DNA from: Dictyostelium discoideum
Taxonomy: Eukaryota
Assembly: GCA_000004695.1 (NCBI GenBank)
Contig: CM000150.2
Span: 1,216,001 to 1,280,000 of the forward strand
Direction of reading: 5' to 3'
DNA length: 64,000 nt
Translations under genes and position numbers: made by a program
Notes under the pieces: generated by a model
The model's database searches: none
What the model saw: only the letters and a program-made list of their open reading frames with translations
Told to the model about the DNA's origin: nothing
In this document: positions 13,201 to 25,453 of the stretch, piece by piece
Layout of the letters: each line of letters starts with the position of its first letter
Position numbering within the stretch: the first letter of the stretch is position 1

Positions 13201-13934
13201 CAAAACGTCTTGGATTAGAAGAAATCTTACGTTTCACAACAGAGGAAGAATTTAGGAAACCACAAGCCGATGTAATTGAAGCATTAATAGGTGCTGTCTA
13301 TATTGATCGTGGTTTCTTTGAAGCCTATAAACTAACAGTTTGTTGGATTTTTGATGAACCCGATGCCGAATATCCAATTTATAATACAAAATTTGAAGAA
13401 ACTTTGGCCCACCAAGAGATACGTGCTTTTTTAGATGGAATTGGTGTACATATTAGTCATTCATCATTGTTGGAGGAGGCACTCTGCTTTCCCTATTCGT
13501 TTCATTCTGCCTCAAAATCTTACCAACGTTTAGAGTATGTGGGTGATGCAGTTTTAGATTTCTTTGTATCGGATTTCCTTTATGCCACCTTTCCTTTGGC
13601 TCAAGAAGGTCAATTAACAGATTACCGTTCTCGTTTAGTTAGAAACTCCAATCTATCATCAATTAGTAGAAAACTTTGTTTACCTCCTACTGTATCAAAA
13701 GGAATTCGTGATACATTACCAATAAAAAAACTAGGTGATTATTTGGAATCTTTTATTGGTTGTTGTTTTGTTGATACCACTCAATCATTTGAATATACAA
13801 AATCTTTGGTTTATAAGTATTTGGATTTAAGAATTGATAATCCATTATTTGAATTTCCTTCACGTTCTGCCTACTTGTCTATTCATTTAAGATCAGATAG
13901 TGAAGATGATTTAAAATTCTCTGAAACTGATTAA
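9333..13934 (+). CDS. Dicer-like RNase III protein (DrnA/DrnB family): N-terminal dsRBD, long polyN/polyQ/acidic linker, two RNase III domains. CDS join(9333..9474, 9810..11446, 11550..13934), about 1388 aa.
   Basis: Exon 1 and the start of exon 2 form one dsRBD (…GSEHNKDFKVLSNND|MNGKEIESDWKKTKKESEKDCAKRILEFL). The phase-1 intron is gttagt…atag and the split codon is A|TG. RNase IIIa carries the signature ERLEFLGDSVLKL … DVIEALIGAVYID. RNase IIIb carries QRLEYVGDAVLDF … LESFIGCCFVD. Intron 2 is gtaagt…acag, phase 0. I cannot tell from sequence alone whether this is drnA or drnB. Confidence 0.85.
12118..12440 (+). repeat. Hexanucleotide coding repeat array (gaaaat / gaatat / gaaaatcaa)n encoding (EN)n, (EY)n and (ENQ)n inside Dicer-like exon 3.
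   Basis: It reads ENQENQENQENQENQENEYEYENDYEYEYENENENENENENENENEIEIENENVNEYENEYENEYENENEIQIENENEYEYENEYEYENENE. Confidence 0.9.
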
Positions 13935-14143
13935 CCTGTATTTTTTAATTTAAAATAAATAAATAAAAAAATAAAAATTACAAAAAAAATAAATAAATAA
14001 CCAAAATTAATTGATTTTATTTGAAATTTTCTATTTACAAAAAAGGGTTTTGATTTATTTTTTTTTTATTTTCTTAAAAATTGTACAATTTGTATATTTC
14101 TGTACAATTTTTAAAAATCTTTATATATTATATAGGTATTATT

Positions 14144-15512
14144 CTAATAAATTGGAAAACTATCATCTATAGATTCATTCCAACCTAATAATCCATCTTT
14201 AATATGTAAAAGTTTAAATTTATCTCTAAATTCTTTTAATTTTTCATCTAAAATCTTTACAGCATCTTGTGATTTATTTCCTCTTCTACAAACTAAATAA
14301 ACTGATAATTCATCACTGGCGTCTCTATTTTCGTTATTATTATTATTATTATTGTTATTTTCAACTTTTTCTTTAATTAATTTTTCAATAATTTCAATTG
14401 ATTCTTTTTTATCAATTTCTTCAATTGGAATATCTTTTTTTAAAAAAAAAATATATTAATAAACTTTTCTAAAAACTTTGTTTTTTTTTTTTTTTTTTTC
14501 CAAAAAAAAAATATTTAAACTTACTATTTGAATTTGGTAATGAACAAATATCAAATTGAATTTTTGGTCTAACATCAATTAATAAATGATTATTATTATT
14601 ATTTTTAATTGATTGATTAAATTGTTCAACAGTAATTATTAAAGTTTTATCAACTCTATCATCAACTTTACCAGCTGATTCAGAATAATTACTTTGACAA
14701 AATTGAGTGTAATCAATTAATTGAGTTACTGTTGGTTTATCACCACAAACATTACAACCAGATTGTTTACCTCTAATTCTAACAGTTCTAAATACAGCTG
14801 ACATACCATCATAAATTAATAAACGACCAGATAATACACCCTCTTTATTATTAGTGAGTATTTTAATGACTTCCAATGCTTGTAAACTACCAATTACGCC
14901 AACGATTGGACCTAGTACACCACCATCGGAGCATTTTGTAACGGTTTCGACTGGTGGTGGTGTTGGGAATATACAACGATAGCATGGTCCGTTATTGTAA
15001 TTGTAACAGGTTATTTGGCCCTCCCATTTCAATGCGCTGCCACTTACCAATGGTTTGCCAGTCAATACACATGCATCATTTACTAAATATCTAGTTGCGA
15101 CATTATCAGATGCGTCTACTACTATATCATAGTTTTTGATTATCTCCATCGCCGTTTCGGATGTGAATGTTGTTTCGTATGTATTTACTTTAATTAAACT
15201 ATTAAGTTCAGAAATTGTTTTCGATAATGAAACTGCTTTTGAAATACCTTTACTTGATTCACGATGTCCAATTTGTCTATGAAGATTTGAAATTTCAACT
15301 GTATCATAATCAACCAATCCTAATGTACCAATACCTGCTGATGATAAATATAATGCAACTGGACAACCTAATCCTCCTGCTCCAATAATCAATACTGATG
15401 AATTGCATAATGACATTTGACCACTAACTCCAATATCTGGTGTAATTAATTGTCTTCCATATCTTTCAATTTCATTTGGTTTTAATGTATGTTCTTTAAT
15501 ATATTTTTCCAT
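14144..15512 (-). CDS. mocs3: MOCS3/Uba4-type adenylyltransferase and sulfurtransferase (ThiF/MoeB domain + C-terminal rhodanese). CDS minus join(14525..15512, 14144..14433).
   Basis: The protein contains a ThiF fold (GRQLITPDIGVSGQ…IIGAGGLGCPVALYL), the zinc Cys pairs CYRC and CNVC, and a rhodanese domain (LIDVRP…ICSLPNS | NIPIEEI…VYLVCRRGNKSQDAV). The rhodanese domain is split by a phase-1 gtaagt…aaag intron. The ATG is the MEKY… methionine at 15512. Confidence 0.85.
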
Positions 15513-15734
15513 TTTTTTTTCTAAAATAAATAAATAAATAAACAAATAAATAAATAAATAAATAATTCGTTTTTTTTTTTTTTTTCAAGTTTTTTTTATA
15601 AAAAATAAAAAAAAAAAAAAAAAAAAAATTTAAAAATATCAAAAAAAAATTTTCAAAAAAAAAAAAAAAAAAAAAAAAAAAGGTTTTCTTTTCCTTTTTT
15701 AGTTAAATCCTCAATTTAAGTTTGACAAATTTTG

Positions 15735-15778
<44 letters not shown>

Positions 15779-16233
15779 GATTTAAAAGTAATAAAAAATG
15801 AAAACGTGTTTATTTTGTGTAAATAAAGAGGAGTGTGAGTATTATAAATAAATTAAATAAATAGTAATAATTTTTTCAATTTCATATTAATTTATTTATA
15901 TTATTTGACTATTTGTGCAAACAAAAAAGAAACACGTCTCCATAGTTTCATTTAAAATAAAAAATTTAAAAAAAAAAAATATAAAAAAAAAAAAAACTTT
16001 TTTTTGAAAATCAAAAACTTTTTTTTTTTTTAATTTTTTTTTTTTTTTTTTTTCATTTTAATTTTTAAAAATTTTTTTTTTTAATTTCATATATAGTCAT
16101 CACTTTACATCTCTCATTATTAATTCTACCTTATAATAAATATTAAATTATAGTAATAAAAGAGAATTAATAAATTGTGTATTTGTTTGTGGGTGTATAT
16201 GTGTAATTTTATATATTAAAAAAAAAAAAAAAA

Positions 16234-19200
16234 ATGTTATACAAATTCGAAACAAAAGCAAGTAGAGTAAAAGGATTAAGTTTTCATCCAACTCGTCCAT
16301 GGATTTTAGCAAGTTTACATTCTGGTTCAATTCATTTATATGATTATCGTATTAAAACATTATTAGAGAAATTTGATGAACATGAAGGTAAATTAAATTT
16401 TACAAATATATATATTTTGTATAATACTAACATTTTTAATTATTTATTATTTTTTTTTTTTTTTTTAATTATTATAGGTCCAGTTAGAGGTATTAATTTT
16501 CATATGACACAACCATTATTTGTATCAGGTGGTGATGATTATAAAATTAAAGTTTGGAATTATAAACAACGTAGATGTTTATTCACATTAAAAGGACATA
16601 AAGATTATATTAGAAGTGTTGAATTTCATAGAGAAGCACCATGGATAGTAAGTTCAAGTGATGATATGGTAATTCGTATTTGGAATTGGCAATCACGTAC
16701 ATGTATAGCAGAATTGAATGGTCATAATCATTATGTTATGAGTGCATTATTTCATCCAAAGGATGATTTAGTAGTTTCAGCATCATTGGATCAAACCATT
16801 CGTATTTGGGATATCTCTGGATTGAAAAAGAAAATGACCACCGTTAAACCATATAGAGAGAATGATCCAATGCGTTTACAAGATGAATTATTTGGAACTG
16901 ATATATCGGTTAGATTATCATTGGAAGGTCATGATCGTGGTGTAAATTGGGCAAGTTTCCATCCAACCCAACCATATATCGTATCGGCATCAGACGATCA
17001 TCAAGTTAAATTATGGCGTATGAATGACCCAATCGTAGATACATTCCGTGGTCATTACAATAATGTATCATGTGCACTCTTTCATCCTCGTCAAGATTTA
17101 ATCATTTCCAATAGTGAGGATAAGACCATTCGTGTTTGGGATATTATAAAGAAATCTACCGTTCATATGATTCGTCGTGATCATGACCGTTTCTGGACTT
17201 TGGCATCTCATCCAAATCAAAATTTATTCGCTGCTGGTCACGATAGTGGTATGATTGTTTTCAAGTTGGAGAGAGAACGTCCATTGTTTGTTCAAAATGG
17301 TGATAGTGGTGTTTTCTTTTTAAAGAAGAAAAATTTCAACTCTTTTGATTTCCAAGCTGGTCGTACTGTTTCATTATTCCATATCTCCAAATTACCATCA
17401 AACAATGGTACTCAAACCATGTCTTACAATCAAACTGAAAGAGCAATTCTCGTCTCATCAGATGCTGAAGGTGGTTCTTATCATCTTTACAAGATTCCAC
17501 CAAAAGATAGTAACACTGTAAACACAAAGAAAGGTACTGGTGTTGCTGCAATTTTCGTTGGTCGTGATCGTTTCGCCGTTTTAGATAAAGGTAACAATGT
17601 TGTCATTAGAGATTTAGAGAATGAAGAGATTAAACGTTGTCAAATTCCATTCACTATCGATTGGATTTATCCATCTGGTTCACCTGGTACCATTTTAATT
17701 CAATCTGAAGATAAAATCCATATGTTTGATATTCAACAAAAGAAGATGCTCTGTGAAATTCAAGTACATGGTGTAAGATATGTAATTTGGAGTAAGGATA
17801 GAAATTATGTTGCCTTTTTAACACGTGATTTCATCGTTTTAGCCAATAAGAAACTTGAACAAATTTGTATGATTCATGAAACTGTACTTCCAAAGAGTGG
17901 TGTTTGGGATGATAATGGTGTTTTCATCTATAGCACTTCAAATCATTTGAAATATCTCTTACAAAATGGTGACAATGGTACAATTAGAACTTTGGAATCA
18001 ACAATCTATATCACTGGTGTAAAGAATAATAAAGTATTTGCAATTGACCGTGAATTTAAAAATCGTATCATTGAAATCGATACCACAGAATATGTTCTCA
18101 AATTATCATTACTTCAACAAAATTATAATCAAGTTATGACAATCCTCAGAGAGAATCGTTTGGTTGGTAAAGCTATCATTGCTTATCTTCAAAAGAAAGG
18201 TTATCCAGATGTAGTTCACTTTGTTAAGGATGATCGTACTCGTTTCAATTTAGCATTGGATGCTGGTAATATCGATATTGCTCTCTCTAGTGCAAAGATT
18301 TTAGATGATAAAGATTGTTGGAATCGTTTAGGTGTAGAAGCCCTAAAACAAGGTAATTATCAAGTGGTTGAAATGGCCTACTCTCGTACAAGTGAATTTG
18401 ATCGTCTTAGTTTCCTCTATCTATTGGTTGGTAATTTAAGTACCCTCAAAAAGATGATTTCTTATGAATCTAGTGATATCATGAGCAGATTCCATTTCTC
18501 ATTATATTTAGGTGACGTAGAAGAAAGAATTAAAATTCTTCAAGAGGCAGGTCTTCATCAATTGGCTTATATTACAGCTTCTATTCATGGTTTAACTGAA
18601 AAGGCTGAGTCCATTGGTAATTTAATCACTTCCGATGGAAAATCTCAATTACCACAATTACCAAAACAATCTTATCTCTTGGTACCACCTTCACCAATCA
18701 ATTGTAATCCAAATGAATTAAATTGGCCATTACTTACAACTACAAAATCAGTTTCTGATGTTATGGGTGAAAATAGATTTGGTGTTGAACAATCAACTTC
18801 AACTCCAACAGGTGATTGGGAAAGTGATGAAGATATTTTCAGTGAAGGTAAATCACAACAACAATCATCACAACAACAACAACAACAACAACAAAAAGGT
18901 GATTGGGAAGAAGATATTTTAATTGGAGATGGTAATAATGGTGGTGGTGATGATGGTGGTTGGGAACGTGATGATTTGAAAGGTTTAGAAAAAATTGGTA
19001 CAGATGGATTTAATAATAAACAAAATGATCATGTTGCATTATTTGTACCACCACAACCAGGTCCATCATTCTCAATGATTTGGGCAAGAAATTCACAATT
19101 TGCAGTTGATCATATTGCAGCAGGTAGTTTTGAAAGTGCAATGAATATTTTAAATAGTCAAATTGGTGCAGTCAATTTCGATCCAATCAAATCAATGTTT

Positions 19201-19989
19201 ATGAATATCTTTATGGCTACTCGTTCATCATTAGGTTGTAATGCATCAACACCATCACTTTTAATGCCAATTCAAAGAAAGAGTGCAGCACCATACATTA
19301 CCTATGGACTTGGTCATCTCATTGAACGTTTAAAGACCAACGCCTATAAATCAACAACCGAAGGTAAATTCAATGACGCTCTTTCTCATTTCACTTATAT
19401 TCTTCATACAATCATCTTTTGTTCAGTTGATAATAAACAAGAAGTGAATGAACTTAAAGATTTAATTAACATTTGTCGTGAATATATCTTGGGTATTAAA
19501 ATTGAATTACAAAGAAAAGAACTCTCAATTGGTGCTCAAAAAGATTCAACACTTGGTAGACAAGCTGAATTGGCCGCTTATTTCACTCATTGTAATTTAG
19601 ATCCATCTCATTTAATTCTTAGTCTTCGTTCCGCTATGAATTGCGCTTACAAAGTTAAACACTTTAATTTGGCAGCTTCATTTGCACGTCGTCTCATCTC
19701 TCTTAATCCAAATCCTGATCTTGCCACTCAAGCTAAAAAAGTTTTCAACTTTGCTCAACAAACTCCAACCCCATCAGATATTCAACAATTAAACTATGAT
19801 GAACGTAATCCATTTGTAATTTGTGCTCACTCTTATGTACCAATCTATAAAGGTTCTCCATTAATTAAATGTCCATATTGTTCAAGTTGTTATTTACCAA
19901 CTCATAAAGGTAAAGTTTGTTCAGTTTGTCAAATCTCTGAAATTGGTAAAGATGTTCAAGGTTTACAAGTTATTACAATTCAAAAATAA
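16234..19989 (+). CDS. copA: Coatomer subunit alpha (COPI alpha-COP). CDS join(16234..16387, 16478..19989), about 1221 aa.
   Basis: N-terminal WD40 repeats are highly conserved (MLYKFETKASRVKGLSFHP…GINFHMTQPLFVSGGDDYKIKVWNYK…), with a coatomer WD-associated region and a C-terminal alpha-COP domain. A single phase-1, in-frame 90-nt intron (gtaaat…ttatag) follows EHEG. Confidence 0.93.
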   Translation: MLYKFETKASRVKGLSFHPTRPWILASLHSGSIHLYDYRIKTLLEKFDEHEGKLNFTNIYILYNTNIFNYLLFFFFFLIIIGPVRGINFHMTQPLFVSGGDDYKIKVWNYKQRRCLFTLKGHKDYIRSVEFHREAPWIVSSSDDMVIRIWNWQSRTCIAELNGHNHYVMSALFHPKDDLVVSASLDQTIRIWDISGLKKKMTTVKPYRENDPMRLQDELFGTDISVRLSLEGHDRGVNWASFHPTQPYIVSASDDHQVKLWRMNDPIVDTFRGHYNNVSCALFHPRQDLIISNSEDKTIRVWDIIKKSTVHMIRRDHDRFWTLASHPNQNLFAAGHDSGMIVFKLERERPLFVQNGDSGVFFLKKKNFNSFDFQAGRTVSLFHISKLPSNNGTQTMSYNQTERAILVSSDAEGGSYHLYKIPPKDSNTVNTKKGTGVAAIFVGRDRFAVLDKGNNVVIRDLENEEIKRCQIPFTIDWIYPSGSPGTILIQSEDKIHMFDIQQKKMLCEIQVHGVRYVIWSKDRNYVAFLTRDFIVLANKKLEQICMIHETVLPKSGVWDDNGVFIYSTSNHLKYLLQNGDNGTIRTLESTIYITGVKNNKVFAIDREFKNRIIEIDTTEYVLKLSLLQQNYNQVMTILRENRLVGKAIIAYLQKKGYPDVVHFVKDDRTRFNLALDAGNIDIALSSAKILDDKDCWNRLGVEALKQGNYQVVEMAYSRTSEFDRLSFLYLLVGNLSTLKKMISYESSDIMSRFHFSLYLGDVEERIKILQEAGLHQLAYITASIHGLTEKAESIGNLITSDGKSQLPQLPKQSYLLVPPSPINCNPNELNWPLLTTTKSVSDVMGENRFGVEQSTSTPTGDWESDEDIFSEGKSQQQSSQQQQQQQQKGDWEEDILIGDGNNGGGDDGGWERDDLKGLEKIGTDGFNNKQNDHVALFVPPQPGPSFSMIWARNSQFAVDHIAAGSFESAMNILNSQIGAVNFDPIKSMFMNIFMATRSSLGCNASTPSLLMPIQRKSAAPYITYGLGHLIERLKTNAYKSTTEGKFNDALSHFTYILHTIIFCSVDNKQEVNELKDLINICREYILGIKIELQRKELSIGAQKDSTLGRQAELAAYFTHCNLDPSHLILSLRSAMNCAYKVKHFNLAASFARRLISLNPNPDLATQAKKVFNFAQQTPTPSDIQQLNYDERNPFVICAHSYVPIYKGSPLIKCPYCSSCYLPTHKGKVCSVCQISEIGKDVQGLQVITIQK

Positions 19990-20114
19990 AATAATAAAAA
20001 AAAATAAAAATAAAAATATAAAATTATTATTAAAATTAAATATATAAAAATAAAAAATAAAAATATATAAAAATTAATAAATATGTTTATTTATTTTAAT
20101 TTTATTTATTTTAT

Positions 20115-21782
20115 TTATAAATATTTTTCAGTATTTTTAATTAAATGATAATAAAAATCAACCAATTGTTTATAATTTTTAATTGTTAATCTTTCATCGA
20201 TACCATGTAAACGTTGAAGATCACTATTTTCGAGTACCATTGGACAAAATCTAAATATATTTTCTGTTAAATTCCAATAATGACGAGTATCAGTATTTGC
20301 AATCATAATTGTTGGAGCTACAACAACATCAGGAAATTCTTGAAGAATAGTTGATTGAAGTAAATTGAAAGATTTTGAAGTTGTTGAAGATACAGGTGCA
20401 GGTTCAATAATATTTGAAATCTTTGAAATTTTAACACGATCATCATTGATAACACGATTGACATGATCAATGATATCATTTGTTGAATCACCAGGTACAA
20501 CTCTAAAATTTATAGTTGCATTTGCTTCCATTGGTATTACATTTGCTTTATTACCAGCATTGAAAATTGTTAAAGCTGTAGTTGTTCTTTGAAGTGCATC
20601 CAAAGTTGGTTTAGTTGATAATACTCTAGAGATGATTGGTTCGAATAACCAAAGATTTGAGAAAAGGAAACGATAAGGTAATGAACATTCTCTACCAACG
20701 AAATCAAATAGTAATCTAGTTTCACGTAGTTTTGGTGATGGTGGATTATTTTCAAGTTTTGAGACTGCTTGTGCCAAAACCCCAATTGCACTCTCACGAC
20801 GTGGCATAGATGAATGACCACCAACGATTGTAACTGATAATTTGATATCGATTGCACCCTTTTCAGTGATACCAACTGATGCGATTGGTTTTGATAAACC
20901 TGGGAATACTGGTGGTAAAAGAATTGGTAAACCTTCATCTAAAATGAATTCAAATGGTCCAATTTCATTTGTATCGAAATATTTGTTAATATTGAATGCA
21001 CCATTATTACCACCCAATTCTTCATCATGTCCAAATGCAAAATAGATTGAACGTTGTGGTTTAAATCCTTGACTTAATAAATCTTCAACACTCTCTAGTA
21101 TTGCCATGACTGATCCTTTATCATCCATTGTACCTCTACCCCAAATATAGGTATCATCGATATGACCTGAAAATGGTGGATGTGTCCATTTATCTAAAAA
21201 TAATGTTGGTACAACATCAATATGACCTGCTAATAGGATTGGTTTTAAACTTTCATCTAATCCTTTCCAATTATAAACTAAACTATAATTTGCAATAATA
21301 TTTAATTTTAAATATTTATGAACTTTTGGAAATGTTATTTTTAAAAATTCATGAAATTTTAAAAATTCTGGTTCATATTGATCGAATTCATCTGATTCTC
21401 CAAATGAAATTGTTTTAAATGTTGTTGCCTTTGAAATATAAAAAAAAAAAAAAAAAAAAATTAATCATTTAAAGAAATAAATAAAAATAAATAATAAAAA
21501 AATTAAATAAAATAAAATATGTTTTAATTTACTTACTTTTGCTAATCTTTGAGCTAATTCTATATCAGATAATGTTGTAAATGAATCTATATGATCTGGT
21601 GATAATATTTCAACTTTTGGTTGTTTTGATGTAAATCTAATTGTATTTAATACCAACATTAATAAAATACCAATTAATAAATTTCTAATAATGATTTTAA
21701 TTAAATTAAATTTGGTTGTTTTTGATCCATTTGTTGGTTTTGATTTACCATTATCATAATCTGATTGTTTTCTTTTATCCAT
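20115..21782 (-). CDS. Peptidase M20 family metallopeptidase (carboxypeptidase S / PM20D1-like) with an N-terminal signal-anchor. CDS minus join(21537..21782, 20115..21429).
   Basis: M20 motifs are present: LLAGHIDVVP, GRGTMDDKGSVMAIL, and the C-terminal dimerisation/catalytic region …HGIDERL…. Exon 1 encodes a TM anchor (LLIGILLMLVLNTI). The intron is gtaagt(aaattaaaac…)caaag, phase 0. Confidence 0.8.
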
Positions 21783-21869
21783 TTTTTCTATATGAATATA
21801 GGGGGAGGAAGGGTTTTTAAAACAATGTTTTTAATTTTATTTATTTTTTTTTTTTTTTTCAAATAATCC

Positions 21870-21903
<34 letters not shown>

Positions 21904-22362
21904 AATTTACATTTTGGTGATATGAATTTAATTTAAAAAAAAAAAAAAAAAAATTAAAAAAAAAATATATTTTTAATTTTTTTTTTTTTTTTTGATAAAG
22001 ATATATCACATATTGGGACAATTTTATTTTGTTTTTGAAAAAAAATGATTTTTTTTTTTTTTTTAAAAAAAAAAAACAAAACAAAAAAATGAAAAAAAAA
22101 AACAAAACTAATTTTATCTAAATGTTTTAATAATTTCCTTTTTAGTTTTTTTTTTTTTTTTCAAAAATTAATAAAATGATGTCTTTATGGAGTTTATAGA
22201 TCTTTTAAACAGTATCATTTACAAATTATTAATTGTTTAACAATAATTTTTTTTATTATTTTAATTCATTAATTTTTTTTTTATTTTTATTTATATAAAT
22301 AAAATATTTTTTTTATTTTTTATTTTTTTTTATAATTTTATATTAATAAAAAAAAAAAAAAA

Positions 22363-22539
22363 ATGATTCAAGATAAAGTAATTGAAAATTATTCAAATGG
22401 TATTGAAAGAATATCAAAAAAATCTTTTCCAGATTATATCGATTATAAAATTATAAAATCAATAATTGATTTTTTATTAATTCCAAGAAAAAGATTTTAT
22501 GATATTCAATATTTTTGTGAAAATGAAGTTGATAATAAA

Positions 22540-22574
<35 letters not shown>

Positions 22575-24237
22575 TAATTCTTTAAAATTGAAAAATAATT
22601 ATAATAATAATAATAATATTAATAATAATAGTAATATTATATTCGAAGAATATTTAGTAAATAATTATAAATTATTTATTGATGAAATTATTGATTATTC
22701 ATTAGTATCAAAGAAATGGAATAAATATATTTCAACATTAATTTCAAATTCAATTGTTGATAATAATTTAATAGAATATTGGTTTACACCAGAAAGGATA
22801 AAGAAATTATTTGTTACCAATAAACTTAATAAATCATTTTCATTAGAAATAAATAAAAAACATTCAATAATAAAAATAGAAAAGAAAATAGTAATTGATT
22901 ATTTTAATAAAAAAGTTTTAATGATTAATCAATGTGAATTCATTAAATTAAATAAAAGACAAATTGATGGAATTAAATTAAAATTTAATAAAATCGTAAT
23001 AGAATTATTTGGTAATGAAATTGTTTATAAATATATGAATCAAGCAAGTAATTTTGAAAATGGGAATAACGACTTCAAGATGGAATTAAATATAAATAAT
23101 TTCTCATTGGATGAAAATGAATTTATTGGATTTGGTGTTGATACTAAAATTGTGAATATAAATAAAATTCAATTATTTGGTGCAAATGAATTACAAATTC
23201 TAGATTTTATTAGATATTTACAACCAAAACATTTAACCTATGATCCAAATGGTTGCTACAGTCAAGATTCATATTACCATATGGACTATTCACCATTATT
23301 TAATCCAGAAATAATTGGTGACAGAATTGAGTCAATTAAAGTCATCGGCTACTCTGATCATGTTGAACCATACTGTTTGAAGACTATAAATAAATTAAGA
23401 AATTTACACACACTTTCTATACCAATCCTATGCCATGACCTTATTAAGCTCCTAAGTGATATAGATCTTGGTGAAAATGGGTGCGACTACCATTACGGCC
23501 CATTAGAGAAAACCAATAACTTGAAGGAAGACTGGGACCAAATGATAGATTCGGTTTTAACTTGTAAATCATTAAGAAATTTAACATTGTCAAACTTTTG
23601 TTCCGATGGTGAATTTTGCTTAAAATGCGATGATGAACATTCTGAAAAAATCATTAATTCAAAGAAACAATTATCAGATGGAATCAAGAAATTGTTAAAA
23701 AGCGACTACCTTTATTATTTAAAATTGGATGATATCGATTTCGTTGAAGAGTCTACATTTTCACCACTATTAGAGAACTTTTCATTAAAAGTTTTGGTTT
23801 TAAAATTTAGATGTATAAATCATACAATGCATGAAGAAACTTATCTAAATCATTGTAAAATCATTCAATTCATTCTATCAAATCAAATCAATATCAATCA
23901 TTTGAAAATTTCATTAATTGATGGTTTAGGCTCAAAGAATTCTCAATTTGATACAAAATTAATCTCTTTAATCTTTAACACTCTATTAAATCAACAAAAG
24001 AATAATATTAAAACAAATTTATATTCAATTGGTTTAGTAATTCAAAAAGAACAATTTGATCAAGTTTTCAATTATTTTAAATTATTTTCTGATTCAACTT
24101 TTAAAACAACACCAATTATTAAAGAATATTATCTATCATTCACTTATCCTGTTGATAATGAATATATTAATTCTTTAAAAGATAAAATTAAAAATATTGA
24201 TTGTAAAAAAGGAATAGTTATTAATATAAATAAATAA
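22363..24237 (+). CDS. Hypothetical protein, 624 aa, Asn-rich N-terminus, leucine-rich-repeat-like C-terminal half.
   Basis: A single long ORF with an ATG start sits just downstream of an AT-rich divergent promoter. It has LRR-like L..L.L.N segments. I recognise no confident family. Confidence 0.5.
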
Positions 24238-24355
24238 ATAAATAAATAAAATAAATATATATATATGTATAAAATATTATTATTATTATTATTATTTTTT
24301 TTTTTTTTTTTTTTTTTTTATATTTACAATTGTATGTTTATTTATTTATTTATAT

Positions 24356-24963
24356 TTATTTATTATTATATTTTTCTAATTGAATTAATCTTTTATTAAT
24401 ATATTCTAATTCTAATTGAAATGGTTTTAATAATTCTCTTCTTAAATTTAATGATTCAATTTCTTGATTGATTTCAATTTTTGATTTATTTACAGGTGAA
24501 ATTAAATTAAATTTTGTGAATTCATTAATATTATTTAATTTTGTTTTAATAGGTTGTTGTAATGTTGATGGTGATGGTGATGGTGATGGTGGCAATGATG
24601 ATGATGATGATGATGATGATGAAGATGATGAATTTTTATAATTTTTACTTGAAATAATGAGTTTTGCCCTATGTTGTGGTATACCATTTTGTTTTATATT
24701 TTCATCTTTATATTTATTATTATTATTTACATTAACCTTTTCATTTTCATTCATTGATTGTATTTTATCTTCACTTTCACTATCTTCATATTCTTCATCT
24801 TTAAAATTTTGCATTTGGTCACAATCACTATTATTATTATCATCATCATCACTATCACCATCACTATCACCATCACTATCAATATAGTCTGTCATATAAT
24901 AGGATTCATTTTTAATTATATTATTATTATCATTATTATCATTATTATTATTATCATCATTTA

Positions 24964-25018
<55 letters not shown>

Positions 25019-25453
25019 TAAAATTATTTGATTATTAAATCCTTGAATATTATAATATTTTGCAATTTTTAATATGAATTGATTATTTTCATCATATAAT
25101 CCATTAAGATTATCGAAAAGATCATGATAGAATATAGATGGTGCATTTGATTTATTTGGTAAAATAACTTTTGATTTTTCAAAAGTTTTATTTAAATGTA
25201 AAACTGATGAAGTTGAACTTTTAAAAATTATTAATTCTTGAGGCAAAAAATAATAAAAACCACCTTTTTGTAATTGATAAACTCTTAATTGAGTTGACCC
25301 ATCTATAAAACTATATCTATTATCTGGTTTTTTTGGAACTAATTTTGATTTTAATGTTGATTGATTTTGAAATATGTAAAAACAAATCTCTCTTTGAATT
25401 GGCCACGATAATCTAACAAAAAACTTTTTACTTTTATCTTTTAATAAATTCAA
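24356..25453 (-). CDS. Hypothetical Asn/Asp/Ser-rich protein; 5' end uncertain (the frame stays open upstream of 25453 without an ATG).
   Basis: The ORF (365 aa from a TTG pseudo-start) has a structured N-terminal ~150 aa, long polyN/polyD/polyS tracts and a C-terminal coiled-coil-like tail. The frame stays open to about 25520, where no in-frame ATG is found. The real start may lie in an upstream micro-exon. Confidence 0.4.
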
